This document shows positions 12,440 through 23,420 of a stretch of 64,000 nt of DNA, piece by piece (within the stretch, counting starts at the first letter, position 1; each line of letters starts with the position of its first letter). The translations under genes were made by a program, and so were the position numbers. The stretch comes from Eutreptiella sp. 'Long Island Sound 2002' (taxonomy: Eukaryota; Protista; Euglenida), in assembly GCA_964036045.1 (NCBI GenBank), contig OZ038378.1, positions 131,626,001-131,690,000 on the forward strand. The letters are read 5' to 3'. The notes beneath the pieces were generated by a model. That model did no database searches and was not told the DNA's origin. It saw only the letters and a list, made by a program, of their open reading frames with translations.

Positions 12440-13400
12440 TGGCCTTCATCGGCCGGCCTTATGGGCCCGCGCATCGGTACACCAGCTTGAGGGGACGGGG
12501 AGCATTGCCCTGGCGGTGGACGGTGCTCAAGGAGGGCCTGCAGGGGCAGTGGTCCCCAGGCCCCGGGCACACCAGCCGAAGGGGACGGGGAGTCCCTCCC
12601 AGGTGGTCGTCGGCGTTCAAGGAGGGTCTTCGGGGGGTAGGGGGCCCTACCCAGGCGGTGGTCGGTGCTCAAGAAGGGCCTGCGGGGGGCAGCCCGGGCA
12701 CACCAGCCCGAGGCGACGGGGAGCCCTGCCCAGGCGGTGGTCGGTGCTCAAGGAGGGCCTGCTGGGGGGCAGCCCGGGCATACCAGCCTGAGGGGACTGG
12801 GAGTTGTGCCCAGGCGGTGGCGGTGCTCAAGGAGGGCCTGTGGGGGGCAGCCCGGGCACACCAGCCTAAGGGGACGGGGAGTCCTGCCCATGCGGTGGTC
12901 GGTGCTCAAGGAGGGCCCGCGGGGGACAGCCTGGGCACACCTGCCTGAGGAGATGGGGAGTCCTGCCCAATCCGTGGTCGGTGCTCAAGGAGGGCCTCCG
13001 GGGCGCAGCCCGGGCACACTAGCCTGAGGGGATGGGGAGCCGTGCCCAGGCGGTGGTCGGTGCTCAAGGAGGGTCTGCTGGGGGGCAACCCGGGCACACT
13101 CCCCTCAGGGCACGGGGAGTCCTGCCCAGGCGGTGGTCGGCGCTCAAGGAGGGCCTGCAGGGGGCAGCCCGGGCACACTAGACTGAGGGGACACGGAGTC
13201 GTGCCCAGGCGGTGGTCGCCGCTCAAACAGGGCCTATGAGGGGCAGCAGTCCCCAAGGCCCGGGCACACCAGACTCAGGGGACGGGGAGCGTGGTCAGTG
13301 CTCAAGGAGGGCATACGAGGGGCAGTTGTCCCCAAGGACGGGGCACACCAGCCTAGGGGGGGCAAGGGGCCCTGCCCCAGGCGTCTGGTTCCAGGGGGGT
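12440..13400. repeat. ~79-bp GC-rich tandem repeat (~12 units) upstream of the LINE 1 ORF
   Basis: The gtgctcaagg anchor recurs at 12665, 12744, 12823, 12902, 12981 and 13060, a period of 79 bp. Confidence 0.9.
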
Positions 13401-13499
13401 GCCGTCATGGGGCGGTAGTCTGCAGCGGCGCGTGCTCACCGGTCGGGGGGTCATGAGGCCCTTTCGAGTTGGCGGCCGTTGCTGCGACACGCCGTGATC

Positions 13500-15350
13500 G
13501 GACGTCCCTACCCGCTTCGGCGTCGGGCTGCCCCACCAGCAGAGCCTTGGGCTGGGTCCTCCGGTCAAAAGACCGCACTAACTCCCCGCCTCCGCGAGCC
13601 CTATGATGGGGTAGCCCTCCACCCTGACCCGGCTATTCTAAGCAGCAAGCAGGCGAGGTAGGCAGGCGGTACCGGAGGTCATAACTCCGGGGTAGCAGTA
13701 GCAGGGACTCAACGTGAGTCCTCTTAACCAAAACCCTAAGTCCCGGCGGGGCTTAACTCCCGAACAATACGGTACTTAGGGCCCCCTTGGGCAGTTAAAG
13801 CCCGCGGGGCAGCGAAGAGGCGTGACCACCAGCACTTAAAGTCTGTCCCGTCATACCCATACTCTGGTCTCGCCTCAACGCGGCCGGTTGAGTCCAGCTC
13901 TGGGGGGCGCACTTAACTGGGCCAAGGGGAGGCCCTTTAACCCTTTAAGCATTATTTACGGCGGTAAAGGGAGGGGGATTGCGTTAATTACTTAATATAC
14001 AAATTTAAATTACCCCGCAGACATGCCCCTTCTGTTGGTGCCCTCACCATTGGGGCTGCCCTTGGGGGATCGGGGACTGGTACCCGTCCCGGACGCCCTC
14101 CCTGTTGTGGGCGCCGGGGTGGTGGCCGGGGGGCCTTATACTTTACCCATACTCAAAGGATGTTGAGATACATTACCTTGGGGGCGTCCGGCCGGACTGG
14201 GGGGGAACAGGTTTTTCATATGCAATTTCTCCTTCAGTATGTTCACATAGTCCCATTTCCTGCACTCAGCCCCTAAGCATTACTTTGTCCCGGCAGCGCA
14301 ACGGCGGCGCGGCTTCGAACCACTCCACCAGCGGGGCCACGCCGCCCGTTCCGGGGGGTTGTGGGGACCCCTCCTACTTTGCTACACGTGCTCCAGCTGC
14401 CAGCCGGTAGCGAGCCTCAGCAGCCTGTATGGCTGTCTCTTCGTACAGCAGCCCTCCCGGCTGTCACCTTGGTCAATTGTAGGGTTAGGAGCTGGCTGGG
14501 CTGTGGCATGGGGGATCTTGGTTAGGCCCCCCACGCATGTCTGAGCCACAGGCCTTTGGGGCGCTGCGGCGCCGCTCGCCTCACTTCGCCTACGAACCAA
14601 AGGCAGGAAAACCGGAAGGAAAAGCGCTAACAGGCCCGAAGGCTCCTGCATGAGGCTTGCGCCTCTACAAGCAGTCGCGCAAAAGAAACAGAAAAGAAGA
14701 AGCAGAAACAACAAACAAACCAGAAAATTGTCGGCCCCGGCGCAGGCCGTCTACTTTGGGGTCCCACAACTCTCACACCTCTCTCACCCACGAACACACC
14801 CGTCACACCCATCCCGGTACTGCCGCGCTGTTGAAGCCCCAGTCTGGGGGCCTCCTCGCTGTTGGCTGCCACACCTGAGGCAGGGGGCGTGGCATGGGGC
14901 ATTGGAGGGGGGTGACAGGGAGTGTTGGGGCAAGGGCCCCCGTTGGGAGTGGGGCCGGTGTTGGGGGAGGCGTGTGGGGAGGCGCATGCCAGGGGGCACG
15001 GGAGCTCGCATGGGGGCGGCGGCAGGGGCGGCAGAGGCAGGAGCGTTGGGGAGGGCGCATGCCAGGGCTCTGCAGAGGGCCCTGCGTGTGGGCGGGCGCT
15101 GTGGGAGGAGAGGAGGGGGAGGCTAGGTCAGCCGTCCTCGCTAGGGGTCGCTGGCCGTTCCCATGACCGAGGCGGCCGGTACTGGGGGCCGCGGGGTCCC
15201 TGGGGATGGTGCTTGGCACTGGGGCGTGCACGCACCCGACACTGTTAGTACACTGCCTATAGGCAGTGCCCGGGCCCTGTCGTCCGGGGCTTTGCACCCG
15301 GCACCCAGCCCATGGGTAGAGCTGGGGAGTACTCAGGGTGTGGTGTGGTG
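13500..15350. repeat. Long direct repeat R2, probably the 3' end of a related, 5'-truncated LINE
   Basis: Diverged homolog of 5060-6520 in the same orientation (roughly 70-80% identity by eye). Confidence 0.8.
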
Positions 15351-15457
15351 TGGTGTGGTGTGGTGTGGTGTGATGTGGTGTGGTGTGGTGTGGTGTGCTG
15401 TGGTGTGGTATGGTGTGGTGTGGTGTGGTGTGGTGTGGTGTGGTGTGGTGTGGTGTG
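15336..15457 (+). repeat. (TGTGG)n microsatellite
   Basis: About 24 near-perfect pentamer units. A short version of the tract lies at the homologous position ~6500 in R1. Confidence 0.95.
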
Positions 15458-15551
15458 TGGTTAACATGGGAGGTTATCAGCCTTCTTGCATTTGTAGGGG
15501 CTGGACGAGGATGAGTTCATTGGCGATGAGCACAGTAACGTCCACCTGCTT

Positions 15552-16202
15552 GTGGTGGGCATGATGGCGACCTTGCTGTGGAGTTTGTGGCGCTTCAATC
15601 CAGTGTCGTGGGCGTGCACAAGCATCATGTTCCGAATGTTCCAGAAGGACTGGGGGATCACGTTTATCCCCTTCTTTGTGCAGCCGGATGTACACAAAAG
15701 GACCCCCCGCTGGTACCGATGCAGCTTTGTGGAGGAAACCCCCCCCAAAAATGTTCACAGCCTTGGACCAAACCCCACAAACCCCTTTGACGAACTCAAC
15801 CCCACAAAACCCTCTGAACCTGCAGAGCTGGGCTTCGTAGACGCGACCGCCTCAGGGCATGTGCCAGCTGCAAGGGCCATGTCACCAGCTGCAGGGCACA
15901 TATCCTCGGAACGCCCAAGCCTGCCCTACTTGCAGGAGGCATTGGCACAGGGGGAGTTGGGGATGCAGGAGGCTTCGGCATTCCAAGGTGGTGAGGGCCC
16001 TGACGGGAGCTCAGGCTCGCAGCCGTACAAGGTGTCGTCGTCGTGGGCAGAGGAGGGAGACGAGTTTCCCTGGCGGCCGACGTATTCAGAGTTGCGGCAG
16101 CTGCGGCTGGAGGCACTTGAGAAGCGGCTTGCGGTGCCCCCAATGTACACCCCAATGTACACAGACCTGGACCAGCCCCCCACACATGTCCACACTAAGT
16201 AG
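15552..16202 (+). CDS. ORF of unknown identity (216 aa), possibly an exon or gene fragment
   Basis: Non-repetitive open frame with a protein-like composition and no motif I recognise. Confidence 0.2.
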   Translation: MVGMMATLLWSLWRFNPVSWACTSIMFRMFQKDWGITFIPFFVQPDVHKRTPRWYRCSFVEETPPKNVHSLGPNPTNPFDELNPTKPSEPAELGFVDATASGHVPAARAMSPAAGHISSERPSLPYLQEALAQGELGMQEASAFQGGEGPDGSSGSQPYKVSSSWAEEGDEFPWRPTYSELRQLRLEALEKRLAVPPMYTPMYTDLDQPPTHVHTK

Positions 16203-16876
16203 GATGGGGGCCACGCACAGCTTCCAACAACTACAGTGTGACTTGCTTCATCATCCGTTTCTACCACAGACAATCTCGACCCTTTCCTTTGTCATTTCCC
16301 ACCCCATGCCATTCCTCCAGGAGTGGCGGGGAACTGTCACCTGGTCAACACAAAATTCACCTCGAAGAGAGGTTGTGAGATCAAGCGCAGGCGTGGGCGC
16401 CACATACCCCCTCTTTGGGGGTCATTTGCTTAGCATACCCCAATGTTATGATATCGGATGTCTAACCTCTTGTAAGACAAAATTATCCCTCGATTTTGAA
16501 CACTCCCCCATCCCCCCGTACCTGAGTACCACTTTGTAGGGAGGGGGTCAAAACAGTCACTGGGTACTCAGAGGGCTGGGATGCATATTGACCCATCACC
16601 TATGAGCATGAAGGCAGGACAGTGCTGCATGACTGTGCACCTGTCCACTGCTTCTCACTGCCACGTGTCTGCTCTCCACCCTGCCCCGCCCATGCTACGG
16701 CTTCATCATCCAAGTGGGTAGAGCAAGGGGCAGCTGTGAACTGCTGCCCAAAACACTCCCTATAGAGTACGCTACATGCCCTTTTGAAGCCCTGCAAGCC
16801 GCCCTAGGGGGAGGAGGACTCTATTCTTCGCACCTGGCCTGTGCCACAGCATGAGCCCCATGAACTAGGGTCCGTC

Positions 16877-19800
16877 GTCAAACTTAGTGAACAATTTTTT
16901 AATAGTGTTTTTTTATTGGTTCCAAACATTAGTAAAAAACCTTTCAGTTGCTAAGTTTTTCCTCTGTGGGGTTTTTACTAAGTAATTTACTCAGTGGAAA
17001 AACTTTTCCACTCAACAAAGTACTTAGTAATTTTTTTTCAACTAAACACTTTATTTAGTAATTTTTTTTTACCAAGTAAGTTCCTTAGTAGAAAGTAATT
17101 TTCTTCTACGAAGTAAAAAACCTACTAAAAAGTAAGTTCTTTCCACTAAGGAAAAACAAGCACCCATTTGTGGGCCACTGCTGATTTTGTCCCCCGCTCT
17201 GAAGCGTTGGGGACCCCGTGGATGGCATGGGTTATGAGGCGAATCCGCCCACGTATGGGCCACTTCTGATTTTGTCCCCCGCTCTGAAGTGTTGGGAACC
17301 TCCTAGACGGCGAGGGTTGTATAGCCAGCCCGCCCACTTGTGGGCCACTTCTGATGTTGTCCCCCGCTTTGAAGCACTGGGGACCCCCTAGACGGCATGG
17401 GGTGTAGAGCCAACCCGCCCACTTGTGGGCCACTACCGATATTGTCCCCCGCCCTGAAGCGTTGTCCCCCCCCCCCCCCAAAATGGAAGCGGTTGTATAG
17501 CCAATCCGCCCATTTGTGGGCCTCTTCTCATTTTGTACCCCGCTCTGAAGCGTTGCCTCCCCCTTACCCCCCAGATGGCAGGGGTTATGTAGCCAATCCG
17601 CCCTTTTGCGGGCCACTGCTGATTTTGTCCCCTGCTCCAAAGCGTTGTCCCCCCCCCCCCCAAGTGGCAGCGGCCATGTAGCCAACTTGCCCACTTGTGG
17701 GCCACTTCATATTTGTTCCGCGCTCTGAAGCGTTGGGGACCCCCTAGACGGCAAAGGTTATTTAGCCAATCTGCCCACTTGTGGGCCATACCTCATTTTG
17801 TCCCCCGCTCTGAAGCATTGGGGATCTCCTAGATGGCAAGAGTGATGTAGCCAATCTGCACACCCGTGGGCCATTGCTGATGTTGTCCCCTGCTTTGAAG
17901 CGTTGGGGACCCCCCGAACGGTAGGGGTTATGTAGCCAATCCGCCCACTTTTCGGCCACTTGTAATCTGGTCCCCCGCTTCGAAGCGTTTGGGACCACCT
18001 AGACGGCAGCGGTTATGTAGCCAACCTCCCCACTTGTGGGCCACTTCTGATTTTGTCCCCCGCTCTGAAGTGCCCCCCCCCCCCCCCCTCCATACCGCAC
18101 GGGTTATGTAGCCAACCCGCCCACTTGTGGGCTATTGCTGATTTTGTTCCCCACTCTGAAGCGTTGGCGACCCCCTAGACGGTAGCCGTTATATAACCAA
18201 CCCACCGACTTGTGGGCCACTTCTGATTTTGTCCCCGCTCTGAAGCGTTGGGGACCCTCTAGACGGCGGGGCGTATGTAGCCAACCCGCTCACTTGTGGG
18301 CCACTGCTGATTTTGTCCCCCACTTTGAAGCATTGGGGACCCCATATACGGTAGGGGTTCCGTAGCCAATCCGCCCACTTGTGGACCACTACTGATTTTG
18401 TCCCTTGCTTTGAAGTGTTGGGGACCCCCTAGACGGCAAGGGTTATGTAGCCAATCCGCCCACTTGTGGGCCATTGCCGATGTTCCCCCCCGCTTCGAAG
18501 CGTCGGGGAACCCCCGGACAGCCGGGGTTATTTAGGCGACATGCCCACTTGTGGCCCACCTTTGTTTTTGTCCCCCGCTCTGAAGCATTGGGGACCCCCC
18601 CCCCCCGGTGGCAGCAGTTACATAGCCAAACGGCCCACTTGTGGGCCATTGGTGATTTTGTCCCCCACTTTGAAGCATTGGGGACCCCCTAGATGGTAGG
18701 GGTAAAATCGCCAATCCGCCCACTTGTGGGCCACCTTTGATCTTCTCTCGTGCTCTGAAGCGTTGGGCAACCCCCATATAGCTGGGGTTATGTAGCCAAC
18801 CTCCCCCCTTGTGGGCCACTTCTGATTTTGTCCCCCGCTCTGAAGCATTGGGGCCCACCCAAACGGCAGCAATTATATAGCGAATCGGCCCACTTGTGGA
18901 CCACTTCTGATTTTGTCCCCCGCTTTGAAGCATCCCCCCCCCCCCCAAGATGGCAACGCTTATGTAGCCAATCCGCCCACTTGTGGGCCACTACTGATGT
19001 TGTCCCCGGCTTTCTACTTTTCGGATCCCCAGACGGCAGGGGTTAGACCGCCAATCCACCCATTTGTGGGCCACTTCTGATGTTGTCCCCCGCTTTGAAG
19101 AGTTGTGGACCCCCTACATGGCAAGGGTTATGTAGCCAACCTACCCACTTGTAGGCCACTTTTGATGTTGCCCCTTGCTCTGAAGCATCACCCCCCCACA
19201 CGCACACGGCAGTGGTCATGTAGCCAACCTGCCCACTTGTGGGCCACCTCTGATTTTGTCCCCCGCTCTGAAGCATTGGGGACCCCCGAGACGGCAAGGG
19301 TTATGTAGCCGATCCGCCCACTTGTAGACCACTTCTGATTTTTTCCTCCGCTCCGAAGCTTTGCCGCCACCCCCCCCACGGCAGGGGTTATGTAGCCGAC
19401 ATGCCCCCTTGTGGGCCAGCCATAGTTGCCGTCCGGCATGTCTCTCGACATTGCATTGTGCCTTGTCTTGGCGCGCTGTCAAGGGCATATTGCAAGTGCC
19501 ACATGATAGATTGTGGTTGCTACGTGAAATGGTGCAAGCTTCTTGTAATACAATTGTTCCATGTCGGCCTCCACACCCAGGACCCCGGCAAAGAATTGGG
19601 AGGTGGTCCGGATGTACATCCAACCCAAATCTGCGGACCTGCTGAAACATGGTTCTTTCGTGAGGGTACACCTTACACAACGTGCCACGAATGGAACACT
19701 CTTCATCGTACGTTGCATGTGTCTATCTTGTGTCAATCGGATATATGAGTTGGATTGCGCCAATTCTGGGGTGTTAACTTTGCTGCTGCTCCTGCCGCGT

Positions 19801-20475
19801 TTGTTGTTGCTGATGCGGATGTTATCACCCGTCCCGGTGTGTGAATCCGTTGCAAAGGGTATGCAATGCCTGCTCAATATCCCCAAAATGCTGATGGTCA
19901 ACTGAAAAATGACCAAGAATTTTGCAACAAGGTGCAAGGGGAACTGAAACAAAACTATCTTTGGGATGTGCACAATGAATCCCACAAAGGCAGGCAAACC
20001 GAGCCATACATACTAAGGCGACTTGATCTTCAAGCATGTCTTTTGTAACTACTTGTAAGTAGTTGGCACCAATGTGGGTTGTGGCCTTTCCGGGGTGCTC
20101 TTTTTTTATCACACCTGGTTTTGTTCCTAGTGCCACCTCACTGATGTTGGCCATGGCCCAGTCAGGAATCTTTTCTTGAGCTTTTTTTTGTTTCTAGTGC
20201 CCAATCCCAATTAAATTATTTGAAAATCGCCGAGTGCCACCTAGTTGGTGTGCATGATGGTTTGACCTAGGTGGGGCGCCACTAACACAAGTGGCTCAGG
20301 ATCGACCTCAGGATCGACTTGGGGGCTTTGTGAACTTAAACAAGAGTACCACCCACCATCGAAGTGTCCAGTTCCTTGGTATCAATTGGGGGGGGGGGGT
20401 ATGGTAAAATTGAGTAGAAACGAAGTAAAACTTAGCAGACAAACTTCGTTAAAAATTTTGTTCGCTAAGTTTGAC
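16877..20475. mobile_element. Putative non-autonomous TIR/foldback element with AT-rich CTTAGT/ACTAAG ends
   Basis: 16877-16903 (gtcaaacttagtgaacaattttttaat) is the near-reverse complement of ~20449-20475 (ttaaaaattttgttcgctaagtttgac). Both AT-rich blocks (16877-17160 and 20400-20540) are built of cttag/ctaag words. No TSD was found, so the true ends are uncertain. Confidence 0.4.
17160..19420 (+). repeat. ~85-bp satellite (~26 units)
   Basis: The cccacttgtgggccacttctgattttgtcccccgctctgaagc unit recurs at 17248, 17333, 17418, 17509 and 17601. The period is 85 bp, longer where poly-C is expanded. Confidence 0.93.
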
Positions 20476-23420
20476 CTCGTTTGTATTCAGTTTTACCAAA
20501 TTTTACTAAGTTTTACCTTGTCTGGTACTAAGTTCTACCAAACACCCCATGAACCGGCTCTGGCTGTAGACACGATATAACTTGGTGTATGAAGCATATT
20601 TTGGAGCGCATGCTCCATGACATGGTTTTGGGGAGAAGATAAATTTCATTTGTAATATTGCTGAAGACATGTGGGTTCCTAAAAGGCTCTGTGCCCCTGC
20701 TTCTGCAAAGCCTCCTTCCAAAAGGGCCAAACCACCACCCAAGGGTGCTGCGCAAAGTATTCCTGTGCAAAGTGTTGACTGTGTTCAGGAGTTCAATGTC
20801 AAATGGACCATGGATCAAGTTAGGTGACATTGCCAGCCCATTGAATGCCTGCATGATTTTTTTTATGCTTTGCACACTTGCTTTCATTTGCCACCGTGCT
20901 TTACAGATATTTTCTGTGCACATCAACGGATGTGCACGGTGGCGGTACCGTTTCCCAAAGCTGGAGGAACTGTCAACTTGCAACCATACTCTGGGGGCGG
21001 GGGGGGGGGGGGGAGATTGCGCAAAGGGTAGGGGTGGGGCAGGACCGGCCCAACACACCATGAGCAGAGGATAATTGGACCAAAAGGTCCGTCTGCGGAT
21101 ATGCCTCAGCAACCTCACTTTACACACCCTGTCCCTCCCCCAGCACACACTTAGTAGGACTAGGCTTCACACCAGAGCTCCTTTGGATAGTAGGGGATGT
21201 GGGGTGCACGCTCCCAACGCTCTTGACCTCCACCCGCTCTTTGACTGATTGAATAAACATCTGTCTGATGGGTAATTGAGACTTGAGACTTCTTCTGCAT
21301 TTTGGGTCTGCACCAGATCTCAATAAACTTGTTGCTTCAATCAGATTGTGGATTGTAAGGTACAATCGGAGGCTCAGTGGTGTAGGTGTTTCGTTACCAC
21401 CTCGGGCTGCCCATACATTGTAGCGATTGGACATGGGGCACATCTTTTTGCGAGAGAGCAGGGGGGGTCAAGAAAGGGGAGGATGGGGTCAGCTGACCCT
21501 TTATGATTTGCGGGGCCTTGAACCATCAGCTGACATACTTTTGGCATGGGTTAATCTTATCCTGCCCGTATTACGTTGTGCAGGGTAAAAGTGTTTCCCA
21601 TGGTAGCCTCATGGCCCTCTTGAAGTGCTGGTTTTCAGCTCATTGCGGCCTGCTGGTCCCCCCAGCAGGTTAGGCTCACGCTGTTGTGACAATGCAACCA
21701 TACGGTAAAGAGAAACAAGGGTTGTAATATCCAGGATATCCAGGATTAGAGGATGCAATGCCCCCCACGGCAAGAGGCCCGAATCCAATGAAACTGTAGC
21801 AGAGCTATTGGGCGTTGGAACTAAGTCCATGGGGTCTGACACCCTTCAAATGACCCATTCCCAAGGTTTTTATCTAAGAGGTCCCCATTTGAGCCGAGTT
21901 TGAGCCTTCTCCGGGCGGATTAGACTAAGCCACCCTTGCACAAGTTTTGGGTGTAGGGTTGCTCCTGTTGGGCTACCACACTAGACCCTGGTACTCTCCT
22001 TTGCTCATGTGGCCCCAGTACCCCCACCCAGGCTTGAGACGGCACCGTGCATTTTACCACCTAGCAACCAAACACGGAATGCGGAGAGGAATTTGAGGAG
22101 GGCGCTGGGCATTGTGTGTGGCTTGTGTGCTCCGGAGCAAAAATAACAGTAACCATCCTGTTACAACCATGTACATTGAGTAGGACTGGCCCCATGTGCC
22201 GCTGATCTTGCCTTTTGCAAGCCAAGCTCAAGGGGACAAGTAGGTGAAGTACCCCCATGCCACGTTTTCATCACATAAACAAGATTTAGGACTAGGACAG
22301 AGATGAGTCCTAGTCTTGTTCATTGCATAAAAAATTGCCGTTGAAGAAGAGCTGCCCTCATTGCCGAAGCCTACATGATGCACTGACAATTGTTCTGAAC
22401 GTTCATGACAATCATTCCTGAAAAACGGCTGAAAGCGCCCAATTTTCACCTCAAGATGGACCGCTGCATGGCACCACAACATGAGAGGCGCCTCGTTGAA
22501 CACCCATTTGCAATTATTTGATAGCCCAAGTGCTATGGAAGAAGACCGGACCTCATTGGAGACACCTACTTGGCATACGGGTGATGGTCCTAGACTTTCA
22601 GTATGATCGTCTTGAAAACTAGCTGTGAACCGTCATTTTGGACCCTACATCGGCCACAAAACAGGCTAGATAGCTCGAAATCAAACAAATGTTATTGTGG
22701 GTGGTGCATTTGCTGCACGGTCATTTTGAGCTACTTGGACGCCGATTTTCAGCCAAGGTGTGCCGAAAAAGGACTTTTGACCCGCTTGTTGCTAGCTTAT
22801 GCTAACACTACTAAAGTTCGTTGCTCACCCTAAGAATGGTTGCACAACCTCAGCTGGGACGCCACCTTGATAACCCTTACTTCTGCCCCTTCTTTTGGGT
22901 TGCCCCCATTCGCCTTCTAGATGCAGGTGTGTGGTACTAGAGTCCCAGGGCATAGGCAAGCTCCCTAAACACGGGCTTTTGAGGCACCATGTGCATTTAA
23001 CAGTGCAATTGTCTAATGTTGAATATCACCCCATGTTTTCATCTTTCCACCTTCCAAACAACCCCCTTCCCCTCTTTCTAACAGAATGTGTATGACAGGG
23101 GAGTGGACATCTTGAAGGTAGTGATGGTGCAAGCACCTAGATCCAAACAGTGCAGTTAGTAGCCTCCTCGGAACAAGTGAGGCACTTCTCACCGGTGTTT
23201 ATGCAATTGCATTCAGCTTTGTCGCATCTCCTTAACCATGGGTCCCTCATCACGCAAGTCATTTTTCAATAGCCAAATCCTTTTTTTGATCGCACCGTCG
23301 GGAAAGGAAGCAAAGGAAGGTAGCACGAAAGCAGGAGCTGGCGTCGGAGGCCCGTCGACTCATTTTGGAAAAGAAGTTTGAGGGCTTTTCATTGGTGTAC
23401 ACTGATACAGTTGAATATAT

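Larger units (their letters stand above)
5020..13500 (-). mobile_element. Degenerate non-LTR retrotransposon (LINE 1 of the window): APE-RT-RNase H-CCHC, with 5' tandem monomers and a long 3' UTR
   Basis: The domain order on the minus strand is given in the ORF feature. The UTR limits are inferred from homology between the two flanking direct repeats and from the junction with the 72-bp repeat. Confidence 0.8.

Noticed and set aside
5060-15350. LTR retrotransposon or DIRS interpretation of the R1/R2 direct repeats
   Set aside because: The internal ORF has an APE endonuclease and a non-LTR-type RT. I saw no gag, protease, integrase or tyrosine recombinase, and no TG...CA ends.
17069-19451. 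Many short ORFs (MAHKWADW...) in the ORF track
   Set aside because: They are translations of the 85-bp satellite. The same applies to ORFs in the 150-bp, 79-bp, 60/65-bp, GGGGAATTAT and TGCATG repeats.
19430-20160. ORFs at 19479-19997 and 19825-20154 as genes
   Set aside because: Overlapping frames on both strands with no recognisable motif, so they cannot be supported.
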